64,000 nucleotides of DNA from Bryobacterales bacterium (GCA_965242625.1 CBDEST010000005.1:2383483-2447482); one strand, 5' to 3'. Counted from the first letter of the stretch, positions 47,574-56,320 are shown. A program made the numbers and translations. The notes: generated from the sequence alone by a model not told the origin.

Positions 47574-47815
47574 ACCTCCTCCGCGATTCGCTCAGGATGA
47601 GGATTTCGCCGGGCAGGGTACGACATGGCGTCCCCGAGGGTCTGCTCAGTATAAGACATCGATATGACCGTCAACGCCATGGGGTCCGTCCCGGCGGACA
47701 TTGATCGACACGGTTACAGCGGCGGCTGCCTGTGCGACGCGAAATTCTTGGAGTCGCCAGACCGCAGTCGTGATCTTGGAAATTGGCGCATCCAATCTCG
47801 CCAATGCACTGTCTA

Positions 47816-48990
47816 GTGTAATGCCCAGAAAATAAGTTGAAATTTGATCGAGCACCTGCTGGGCTGGCCTTGAAGGAGTCTAGCGATGGCCCGTCCCATC
47901 TCCAGTCCCGAAATCACCGCCGAAGAAAAACTGATCCTCGAGCAACGCGTCCGCGCCTCGACCACATCCCAGCGCGATGGCCTGCGGGCGCGGATCGTCC
48001 TCCTGCGCGCCGAAGGCCGCACGCTGCAAGATGTCGCCCAGCGCCTGCAAGTCAGTGTGCCCTGCGTCTGCAAATGGTCGCAACGCTTTTAACGGGAAGG
48101 CTTGGACGGCCTGCGGGACCGGCCCGGCCGGGGCCGCAAGGCCGCCCTGCCCGCCGCCACGGTACAGCGCGTCATCGAAGCCGCCAGCCAGGCCCCGCCC
48201 GGCCGCGCTCGCTGGAGCACCCGCACCTTGGCCGCCCATCTCGGCCTCTCGCACGGCAGCGTGGCCCGCATCTGGCGCAGCCAGAACCTCAAACCCCACC
48301 TCGAGCGCACCTGCAAACTCTCCAACGATCCCAAGTTTGAAGCCAAGTTCTGGGATGTCATCGGCTTGTACCTCGACCCGCCCGAGAAGTCCCTGATGCT
48401 CTGCTGCGACGAGAAAACGCAGTGCCAAGCCTTGGAACGCACGCAGCCCAGCCTCCCGCTGGGGCACGGGCACATCCGCACCGAGACGCACGATTACGTC
48501 CGTCACGGCACGATCACGCTGTTCGCCGCGCTGAACTACCTGGACGGGAAACTGATCTACCGGACCGAGCGGAAGCACACGCACGTGGAGTGGCTGCGCT
48601 TCCTCAAGCAATTGGATCGCGCAACGCCCAAGGAGCTGGATGTGCATTTGATTGCAGACAATTACGCCACGCACAAGCAGACCAAGGTCAAGGCCTGGCT
48701 GGCGCGGCGCCCGCGGTTCCACATGCATTTCACGCCGACCTCGAGTTCCTGGATGAACCTCGTGGAGCGTTTCTTCGCCGACATCACGCAGGAGTGCGTC
48801 CGGGCCGGGAGCTTCTGTAGCGTGCCGCAGTTGACGCGGGCCATCGAGTCGTACATGGCAGTACGCAACGAACAGCCGAAGCCATACCGCTGGAAAGCGG
48901 ATGGGGCCAAAATTCTGGCGAAGATCCAGCGCGCGAGGGAGGCCTTGGCGGGTGCCGCTCAAACCTAAATTTATTTGAGGCACAGGACAC
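47816..48990 (+). mobile_element. IS630-family insertion sequence flanked by a TA duplication
   Basis: Imperfect terminal inverted repeats: GTGTAATGCCCAGAAAATAAG... on the left and ...CAAATAAATTT...GAGGCACAGGACAC on the right (reverse complement GTGTCCTGTGCCTCAAATAAA). TA lies immediately outside both ends (47814-47815 and 48991-48992). It encodes an IS630-type transposase. Confidence 0.75.
47886..48968 (+). pseudogene. IS630-family DDE transposase interrupted by one in-frame TAA (48090-48092)
   Basis: Track ORFs 47886-48092 and 48102-48968 are in the same frame. Joined, they read ...CKWSQRF*REGLDGLRDRPGRGRK..., which is the usual HTH-to-linker junction. DDE region: CCDEKTQCQ, HLIADNYATHK, WMNLVERFF. 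Confidence 0.8.
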
Positions 48991-49018
48991 TAGGATCCAT
49001 CCGCGAGTCTCCGAGGCA

Positions 49019-49470
49019 CAGACGACATGACCTCTGGCCAGTTGAGAATGATAAGGATTTCCAGTTCATGAGCCCGGGTGCGGAAGCTGGCAGACTCCTT
49101 GATCAGCCTCGATCGGATCGTTTCTTTGGGGCAGATCGGACTGCTTGCGCGGGTTGGGAGCCCCGAGATCGGGATCGTGCGCCAGTGCGCCCTCGCCGAA
49201 CGCTACGCCTTGCCAATGCAAATCGTGATCCCAGCTAGCTGTCCGCCGCGAAAGAGTCCGTTCGACAAAGATTCGCGCAACCGGCACGGTAGTCCGCCAC
49301 TGCGCTCCTCGCTGGGTCCGCATCCGGCCGCTATGGGGCCGAAATCATTATCACGGGCGCTGGCCGGGTACGACTCTCCGGCGAGCGTCCAGCTCACCCC
49401 AAAGGCCTTGTTTCACTTGGTCTTTTCGCGAAGCGACCGTCGCGATCGACCGTAGGCGTCATGTCGTCTG
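49019..49470 (+). mobile_element. MITE copy A (452 bp; 13-bp perfect TIRs; TSD AGGCA)
   Basis: Starts CAGACGACATGAC and ends GTCATGTCGTCTG. It is flanked by (G)AGGCA on both sides and has no credible coding capacity. Confidence 0.8.
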
Positions 49471-49900
49471 GAGGCAACCGCTTGGGAACTCTGCTATCGC
49501 CTGGTTGCAGCCGAATCGCGATGCTCCTGCAAGCGTCGGCCGTGCCGCTCGCCCCGCAACGCCGGAACTGTGCCTAGGCGCACCGCTCCGGTTCAGCCTT
49601 CACGCTCGGCCAATCATCGGGGGTGTTCGGGCAGATACATCCCTGTTAGCGCAAAGCTGAAGTGTCCGCTTTCTCGAACGAGCGATCCAGCATGCCGAAC
49701 CGAGTACGGCAAAGTCCCGGGCCATGCCCACCGGCTGCAAGCAGCCGGTGGGCACTGCCGTGAGGATCACGCTGCTGTGACGGACCGGGCCCCGTGAGCG
49801 TTGTGCGGCTGACGCCTATGTTGTATTCCACAATCCGTCATTGTCCCGGCCTCACACCGGACTGGGGAGACGCTACCGCAAGCCAGAAATGACTCGGAAC

Positions 49901-50365
49901 CAGAGGACATGACCTCTGGCTAGTTGAGAATGATAAGGATTTCTGGATCTTGAGCGCGAGTGTGGACGCTATCGGAATCTTGGACCAGCTTGGATCGGAT
50001 CGGACTGCTGGCGGCGGATTCGGGACACCGAGACCTCGGCTGCGGGCGAGTGTGCGCTCTCCGAACGCTATGCGTTACCCATGCGAATCATGACCCCAGC
50101 CGACCGACCGCCACGAAGCCACCCGCTCGGACACCGCTCGCGCGCACCTGGCTCGGTCGCCCGGCGTTGCGCGCTTGCCCGGAACCGATCGCCCGTTGCA
50201 CTCCGCGCAGGCCCCACTCTGGCTGTCGGCAGCCGGAATCATTAACACGGTCGCTGGCCGGCTGCCGCGCTCTGCCGAGCGTCCGACTCGCCCGAAAGAC
50301 GTTGATTCACCAAGGCTTGTCGCGATGCGACCGTCTCCACTGCCTGCCGAGGTCATGTGGTCTGG
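49901..50365 (+). mobile_element. MITE copy C (465 bp, diverged; TSD GGAAC)
   Basis: Starts CAGAGGACATGAC and ends GTCATGTGGTCTG, one mismatch in each TIR. GGAAC flanks both sides. The interior is alignable to copy A with many substitutions and indels. Confidence 0.7.
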
Positions 50366-50580
50366 GAACAGGCCATGATCAGCAATGATGCTGAAAGGGC
50401 TGCCTGAGCAGCGGAACGGGCTGTCCGACGAACCGGACGCTTCAGCTTTGCTGAAGAGCGGAGATATAAGGATTGCTCCGACACGCAGATACATCCCTTG
50501 ACAATCCACTAGCGGACTGATACCATCGAATCAAGATTGGTTCCTGTCTCGAGCTTGGACGGGAAATCTGGGGTGTCGGA

Positions 50581-51099
50581 ATGACGAGCGCACGGGATTG
50601 GAGCATGCGACTACGGGTGCTAGCGGTCGTTGCGCCGGTTGTGGGTATGTTGCACCTCGGAGCACAAGACAATACGATCCATGACAGACGGAAGACGGGT
50701 ACGGGGAGTAGCTCGCACTCTGCGATCCGAACTTATAGCCAGCACGAATTTGAAGTGATCAGATGGAACAAACTACTCAAGGACATGAAGGCCGAACTCA
50801 ATGTCGACGATCCGGAAATAGATCGCGTGATCGATGGCCAAAGAAAGTCCATTCTTTCCATTGTATGCTTGGGAAAGACCGACAAGAAGTACGGACTTAT
50901 GGGATTGCATTGGGATCAACGTAAGACTAGGAAAATCGAACTATTCGAAGTCAGTAATAACAGGTATTTGGTTGTCAATGTGGAAGAATATGTTGAGACT
51001 AAAGCTCCGTATGGAGACTGGCACTTGGAGGAAGAATTGTCCAGAAGGTTCGTGATATCACCCTCAGTGGGGCAGGTGATCATAGGTAAGTTCCCTTAG
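50581..51099 (+). CDS. hypothetical protein in a visibly AT-richer segment
   Basis: 172-aa ORF with a hydrophobic N-terminal stretch (LRVLAVVAPVVGML). Its Lys/Glu/Ile-rich composition is unlike GC-artefact ORFs. No family recognised. Confidence 0.45.
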   Translation: MTSARDWSMRLRVLAVVAPVVGMLHLGAQDNTIHDRRKTGTGSSSHSAIRTYSQHEFEVIRWNKLLKDMKAELNVDDPEIDRVIDGQRKSILSIVCLGKTDKKYGLMGLHWDQRKTRKIELFEVSNNRYLVVNVEEYVETKAPYGDWHLEEELSRRFVISPSVGQVIIGKFP

Positions 51100-51293
51100 T
51101 TGGATGTAGACTTTAAGTGAGTCGCACCAAATTGATCACTGCATCAACAGAGTTGAAGTCAAGTCACTCTGGCGAAATGTCGGTTCGAAACGGGTCGGGT
51201 CCAGCATAAGACCTAGCAATAATGGCTTCGGATCAGTCGTAACGCCTAAGCTCTCGCGCATCACAGCCCACCTCATGTTGCTATTCAACACGA

Positions 51294-52248
51294 TCAATCC
51301 TTATCTATATCGAGTATGAATCGAACTCCCTCACGTCGCAACATTTCAAACGATGTTAGATACTTTACGCCGACAGCCTCGCACACATTTGGAATTTTGA
51401 TTCTCCGCTTTCCCGACGAGTATGTTTCGTGCGTGACAACGTCGAATCCGCCTGCGAGTGCTTGAGCAACTAGGTAGCAATCAGCTCCCTGCATGAACTC
51501 CTCGATAACCGGCCATTTGAACCCTCCCTCATCTGCCCATTCTCCAATGGTCTTGAGAATGTCAATTGCTTCGCTTGTGGGATACAGGAAGAACCGCTCA
51601 CCGAGTTGTTGAGCCCAGCTAGCCAATTCATCATCCCCCTTAACAAGCTCGTGCTTGACACGCTCGATGCTGAAGACACGGCCTCTCAAGTTGCTATCCA
51701 CTAACCACAGACGACATGACGCCTACGGTCGATCGCGACGGTCGCTTCGCGAAAAGACCAAGTGAAACAAGGCCTTTGGGGTGAGCTGGACGCTCGCCGG
51801 AGAGTCGTAGCCGGCCAGCGCCCGTGATAATGATTTCGGCCCCACAGCGGAAGGATGCGGACCCAGCGAGGAGCGCAGTGGCGGACTACCGTGCCGGTTG
51901 CGCGAGTCTTTGTCGAAGGGACTCTTTCGCGGCGGACAGCTAGCTGGGATCACGATTTGCATTGGCAAGGCGTAGCGTTCGGCGAGGGCGCACTGGCGCA
52001 CGATCCCGATCTCGGGGCTCCCAACCCGCGCAAGCAGTCCGATCCGCCCCGAAGAAACGATCCGATCAAGGCTGATCGAGGAGTCTGACAGCTTCCGCAC
52101 CCGGGCTCATGAACTGGAAATCCTTATCATTCTCAACTGGCCAGAGGTCGTGTTGTCTGAACCATGTCCAGAAAGCAGGACAGAAGTCAAACCCGTAGTG
52201 GCGGTTCTTTGCTTCGATAAGAACGTTAGAATCAATTAAGTATGCCAT
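51294..52248 (-). pseudogene. DUF4411 (PIN-like) gene split by MITE copy B
   Basis: The N-terminal piece is MAYLIDSNVLIEAKNRHYGFDFCPAFWTW (52248-52160). The C-terminal piece is (V)DSNLRGRVFSIERVKHELVKGDDELASWAQ... (51701-51294). Removing 51708-52159 plus one AACCA restores a single 165-codon frame. Confidence 0.85.
51708..52159 (-). mobile_element. MITE copy B (452 bp, inverted relative to A; TSD AACCA)
   Basis: Plus-strand ends are CAGACGACATGAC ... GTCGTGTTGTCTG (two mismatches). AACCA lies at 51703-51707 and 52160-52164. The interior is nearly identical to copy A in reverse complement. Confidence 0.85.
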
Positions 52249-53387
52249 CGATCCGCTGCCAGCCGCTCAGCGAGCTTATGAACCACGTCTGTCTTGGAAA
52301 AACCAAGCAGACGGCAAGCATCGCGATACAAGGTATGCCCTTCTAGGGTCGTGCCAATCACCGCTTCGGCAAACCGGTGGCCGACCCTAGCGATCTGGGT
52401 TGCATAGAAATCCCCACCTCCGGAGTGCTTGAACGATTTCAAGCGACGAAGTTCAATATTGTATGCTTGACGAAATTCGACTTGAGTGAGACCTCCTGCG
52501 TCCGCAATTCGGCGGAGTATCACAAGCGTACTGACCTTGAACTTTTGTGCAAGCCGTTTCACCTCAACTGCCAGTCTTTCACCAGAGGTAAATTCCTCAC
52601 GAAGAGTGACTAGAGGCACCAACAGTTCGGCTGCCACTTTGTTGCACCATTTCTCGACCCGCTGTTGAGGGACGGAATTAGCGGCACAATTCGACAGTGC
52701 GGACTCGCCTAACCACAAATGGGCCAACTCGTGAGCGAGCGTGAACATCTGTGCGGCCTTTGTGTCGCGTCCGTTGATGAAAACCAACGGTGCCAATTCG
52801 TCCGACAGAGCGAATCCTCGGAACTCGTCGGGGTCGAGCTTTCGAGTACTGTCGTTTCCAACAACGCCACTCACCATCACTAGAATGCCCAGACCGTCTG
52901 CCTTCTTGATGAACTGGCGCAGCGCGTCTCGCCACTCTCGTAGGTGGTAACGCTCCTCCATGTCAAGACCCAATGCCGTCCGAATACTCCCCGCAGTCCC
53001 CTCGACACTGTCGCCGAGATTCGCTACGCCAATGAACGGCAACGGCTCATCACGTTCCATGATGGAATACTCGCGATACCACTCCTGCCGTTTCTTGCAG
53101 AGGTAGATGATGTCGCGAAGGTTCGGGCTCGGCTTCTTTACACCCGCGCCCCGAACAGTGCGAAAGTCAGGAATGGGGAACGGCTCAGCAGGCGGTTTCG
53201 GGAGGAATAGGGTACCCACGGGCGCATGAACGAACGTCGCGAACCGCTCCAGCTGCTTTAGGGTCGGGAGGGTCTCACCGCTCTCCCACTCGCCGTACTT
53301 TGGAAAGCGTCTACAGAGGGTCGGGACATCGATGCCCTCGCGTTCGCGGGCCCACCGCAAGAGTTCAGGTCTGATGGCAACTCTCAC
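52236..53387 (-). CDS. XRE-HTH / ImmA-IrrE (COG2856, HEXXH) fusion protein, copy 2
   Basis: KYGEWESGETLPTLKQLERFAT (HTH), FTLAHELAHLWLG and EKWCNKVAAELLVP. The likely GTG start is at 53387. The stop overlaps the DUF4411 start by 13 nt. Confidence 0.8.
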   Translation of the reverse strand: MRVAIRPELLRWAREREGIDVPTLCRRFPKYGEWESGETLPTLKQLERFATFVHAPVGTLFLPKPPAEPFPIPDFRTVRGAGVKKPSPNLRDIIYLCKKRQEWYREYSIMERDEPLPFIGVANLGDSVEGTAGSIRTALGLDMEERYHLREWRDALRQFIKKADGLGILVMVSGVVGNDSTRKLDPDEFRGFALSDELAPLVFINGRDTKAAQMFTLAHELAHLWLGESALSNCAANSVPQQRVEKWCNKVAAELLVPLVTLREEFTSGERLAVEVKRLAQKFKVSTLVILRRIADAGGLTQVEFRQAYNIELRRLKSFKHSGGGDFYATQIARVGHRFAEAVIGTTLEGHTLYRDACRLLGFSKTDVVHKLAERLAADRWHT

Positions 53388-53427
53388 CGTCTCGAATCCT
53401 CGTCCTCCACATGCACGAGACGTACCC

Positions 53428-53448
53428 GCAACCGAGCACCTCGGTTGC
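53428..53448. promoter_or_regulatory. perfect 9-bp inverted repeat upstream of ImmA/HTH copy 2 (operator or terminator candidate)
   Basis: GCAACCGAG-CAC-CTCGGTTGC lies about 40 nt upstream of the proposed start at 53387 and about 70 nt downstream of the metallophosphoesterase stop. There is no U-tract. Confidence 0.35.
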
Positions 53449-53517
53449 AACTCGCCGTGCAGGATTCAAAAATGACCAATTCGATTATCCCTCAACGTGT
53501 CCGTGAGAGCAAGCCCT

Positions 53518-54363
53518 TCAGGAGAACTGTAGTCTCCAAGCGAACAAGTGGTATTGGTAGGACCTCGATCCGTGAAACCCGATCTCCTGCGTGTGGGGAC
53601 CGAGAGTGGCCTCGATCCAGCCGCAGTCCGCTCCCGCCTCGAACGAGAATCCGGCCGCAGGGAGCATGATGTGGTCCACGCTCCCGATGCGTCGAACGCC
53701 GTAGGCGTGGTCGTGCCCGGTGACGATCGCCCTGACTGCGGGGAATCGTTCCGTGAGGTCGACCAACGCATCGAAGTCGCGGCAGCCCATGCTGCTCGAT
53801 TCGCCCGGGTGATGCACGAAGAGGATCGTCGCCAGCCTAGCTTCTGAGTCCAGGATGCCTTCCAGCCACTCGAGTTGCTCGATACCGATCTCCCCTCCGA
53901 CCTCGCCAGGAGCGAATTGCGAGTCCAGTTGCACGAACCGGAACGGCGGCTGCTCAACCACCGCTGCGAGCCACTCGGCTTGGGCGTCCGGCATCCCGCC
54001 CAGAACAGACAGCAGATTCCCTCGGTGGTCATGATTGCCAACGCCGAGGACGACTGGAGTGCCTTCGGGAAGCGATTGGATGATTCTGCCGAATCGAGAG
54101 TAGTCCGCCTGCGTGCCCTCTGACCAAGCGAGATCGCCGTTCACAAGCACCCCGTTCGGACGTACCTCCGTGATCTCCCTTACGATGCGTTCCAAACGTT
54201 GTGCTGGAGCGGAGCCCGGATGCGTGGTTGCGATGCCTCCGCGAATGTGAGTGTCCGCGATCCACGCCCAGTGCGCTGACTGGCACCGAGGAAGCGCATA
54301 CGAATAGACGAGGCCGGCGCCGACCGGCTGTTTCCGTCCCGGCGCGAAACCGAACCGAATCAC
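53518..54363 (-). CDS. calcineurin-like metallophosphoesterase
   Basis: WIADTHI, VNGDLAW, GVGNHDH and FVHHP...TGHDH motifs appear in the canonical order. Confidence 0.8.
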   Translation of the reverse strand: MIRFGFAPGRKQPVGAGLVYSYALPRCQSAHWAWIADTHIRGGIATTHPGSAPAQRLERIVREITEVRPNGVLVNGDLAWSEGTQADYSRFGRIIQSLPEGTPVVLGVGNHDHRGNLLSVLGGMPDAQAEWLAAVVEQPPFRFVQLDSQFAPGEVGGEIGIEQLEWLEGILDSEARLATILFVHHPGESSSMGCRDFDALVDLTERFPAVRAIVTGHDHAYGVRRIGSVDHIMLPAAGFSFEAGADCGWIEATLGPHTQEIGFHGSRSYQYHLFAWRLQFS

Positions 54364-54379
54364 CGCTGTCGCGGTTCCG

Positions 54380-54796
54380 TTACTGTCCGATGATGTCGAA
54401 CGTGGTCGTGCCCGGCACCCGAACCTTCTGGTACACCTTGACCCACTCGGTATGCGCCGGGTGGTCAGCGTAGGTCTGCAGGGCCGCTTCGTCGGTCATC
54501 TCCATGCAGACGCCCCACTGGCGCTGCTTGGGTTGATCTTGGTTGCGCCCGAACTGGTTGAGCGGACGGCGCAGCTTGCCAAGCCACACCTTGTTCAGCC
54601 CATCGATCTTGCTCGGCAACTCGTCGGTTGCCTTGGTGAACGCATCCCAGTCGCTTTGGCTGGCACCGTCGATGGTCGTGAATGCGAAGCAGTGCATGAG
54701 GGCCTTCTCGCCCGCCGAAGTGCTTGCTGGAAGCAGCGCGAGGGCCGCGAGGAGGGCGATGGGGAGGAGTGCGAAACGTTTCATGTAACGCATCAT
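54380..54796 (-). CDS. secreted Dabb (stress-responsive alpha/beta-barrel) domain protein
   Basis: A signal peptide, then LMHCFAFTTIDGASQSDWDAF... and ...YADHPAHTEWVKV, typical of Dabb. Confidence 0.65.
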   Translation of the reverse strand: MMRYMKRFALLPIALLAALALLPASTSAGEKALMHCFAFTTIDGASQSDWDAFTKATDELPSKIDGLNKVWLGKLRRPLNQFGRNQDQPKQRQWGVCMEMTDEAALQTYADHPAHTEWVKVYQKVRVPGTTTFDIIGQ

Positions 54797-54928
54797 AGCC
54801 TATGAGCGGATCAATGTCGCGCAGGTAGGCAATTCGCGCTGCCCGAGCAGCCCGCGCGGCTTCGATGCCGAGCGAGCCACCAGTCACCGGCCCCTGCCTG
54901 CGCTCGCGCTCGGGCTAAACTAGCCTTC

Positions 54929-56320
54929 GTGCCGCGCATTCTCCTCTTGCTGGCTCTAGCGATAGTCGTTCGGGCCGCCGAGAAGCCCAACATTCTGTTC
55001 GTATTCACCGATGACCAAGCGGGCTGGGCGCTTGGCTTGTCGGGCCATCCGCACGCCTCCACGCCGAACATGGACAAGCTCTTCCGGCGTGGCGCGTACC
55101 TGCCGAATTCATTCACCGTCACGCCCGTCTGCACGCCCTCGCGGACGAGCCTGATGACGAGTCGATACGGCAGCGAACTCGGACTCACGGATTGGCTCAA
55201 TCCGAGGCGCGAACCATTCCGCGGCCTGGACGAGAGCGTCGTCACTTGGCCCGAAGTGCTCCAAACGGCGGGCTATCGGACCGGGCTGGTCGGCAAATGG
55301 CACCTTGGCCTGCTCGACGAGCACCACCCTACCCGTCACGGTTACGGGTACTTCATGGGATTCCGCGGCGGAGGGACGACGCCCTCCGATCCCGTGCTGG
55401 AGAAGGACGGCGAGGAGCGGCAGTTCCAAGGCCTGACGGCGGACATCCTCACTGCGGACGCGCTGGCGTACTTGGATCGCGAGCGGGAGAGTACGTTCGC
55501 GCTTTCGTTGCACTACCGCGCCCCGCACACGCGCTGGTTGCCGGTCGCCCCCGCGGACTGGGCTCCGTTCGAGGGCCTGAACCCGATCATTCCGAATCCG
55601 GACTTCCCGTACCTCCATGTCCAGCGCGTGCAGCGCATGACGCGAGAGTACCTGGCCAGCACCAAGAGCGTGGATCGCAACGTGGGATTGCTGCTCGCGA
55701 AACTCGATGAATTGGGGTTGGCCGAGACGACGGTGATCGTCTACTCCAGCGATCACGGCTACAACATGGGCCACAGCGGGGTCTGGCACAAGGGCAACGG
55801 GCATTACGTGCTGACGCGCAATCCGCCGGCGACAGCGAACATCCCGGACGGCCAGCGCCCCAACATGTGGGATCGGTCGATTCGGGTCCCGACCGCGGTG
55901 GTCTGGCCAGGCCGGATCGACGCGGGCGCCGTGATCGAAGAGACTGTCACGAATCTCGATTGGTTCCCTACGCTGGCAGCCATCGCGGGAGCGGAGATTC
56001 CCGCCGGCACCGTGGTTCGCGGACGTGACCTGACCCCCGTGCTGCTCGGCGCGGCTGACGAGTGGGACAACGCAATGTACGGCGAGTACTCGACCCACCA
56101 CCAGTCCCGGACCCACATGCGGATGCTGCGAACGCCGCGCTGGAAACTCGTCCGCGATTTCTTGAATCCGGAGCGCGACGAACTCTACGATCTGGCCGCC
56201 GACCCCGAGGAAACGACCAACATGATCCGGCACCCGAAAGTTGGTCCGGCGGTCGAGCGCCTGCACGCTCGATTGGTCGCCCGCATGCGGGCGGTCGGGG
56301 ACCGGCTCGCTCCCGAATAG
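54929..56320 (+). CDS. sulfatase (formylglycine-dependent)
   Basis: Signal peptide, NILFVFTDDQ and VTPVCTPSRTSLMTSRY (CxPxR). Confidence 0.85.
   Translation: MPRILLLLALAIVVRAAEKPNILFVFTDDQAGWALGLSGHPHASTPNMDKLFRRGAYLPNSFTVTPVCTPSRTSLMTSRYGSELGLTDWLNPRREPFRGLDESVVTWPEVLQTAGYRTGLVGKWHLGLLDEHHPTRHGYGYFMGFRGGGTTPSDPVLEKDGEERQFQGLTADILTADALAYLDRERESTFALSLHYRAPHTRWLPVAPADWAPFEGLNPIIPNPDFPYLHVQRVQRMTREYLASTKSVDRNVGLLLAKLDELGLAETTVIVYSSDHGYNMGHSGVWHKGNGHYVLTRNPPATANIPDGQRPNMWDRSIRVPTAVVWPGRIDAGAVIEETVTNLDWFPTLAAIAGAEIPAGTVVRGRDLTPVLLGAADEWDNAMYGEYSTHHQSRTHMRMLRTPRWKLVRDFLNPERDELYDLAADPEETTNMIRHPKVGPAVERLHARLVARMRAVGDRLAPE

Noticed and set aside
47886-48968. Programmed ribosomal frameshift joining the two IS630 transposase ORFs.
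   Set aside because: Both ORFs are in the same frame (47886 and 48102 are both multiples of 3), separated only by a TAA codon. A frameshift is neither needed nor compatible, so the alternatives are a nonsense mutation or readthrough.
49078-49455. A conserved 125-aa ORF inside MITE copies A (49078-49455, +) and B (51723-52100, -), considered as a possible small protein gene.
   Set aside because: The composition is typical of GC-rich off-frame ORFs. The diverged copy C does not preserve the frame (its homologous segments fall in different frames). The ORF runs almost end-to-end through a TIR-bounded element, so conservation is explained by recent transposition, not selection on a protein.
49019-52159. 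MITE copies A and B, in inverted orientation, acting as the ends of a composite transposon carrying 49471-51707.
   Set aside because: Each copy has its own distinct 5-bp target-site duplication (AGGCA versus AACCA), showing independent insertions. The enclosed segment contains only the 3' half of the DUF4411 gene, which is inconsistent with movement as a unit.
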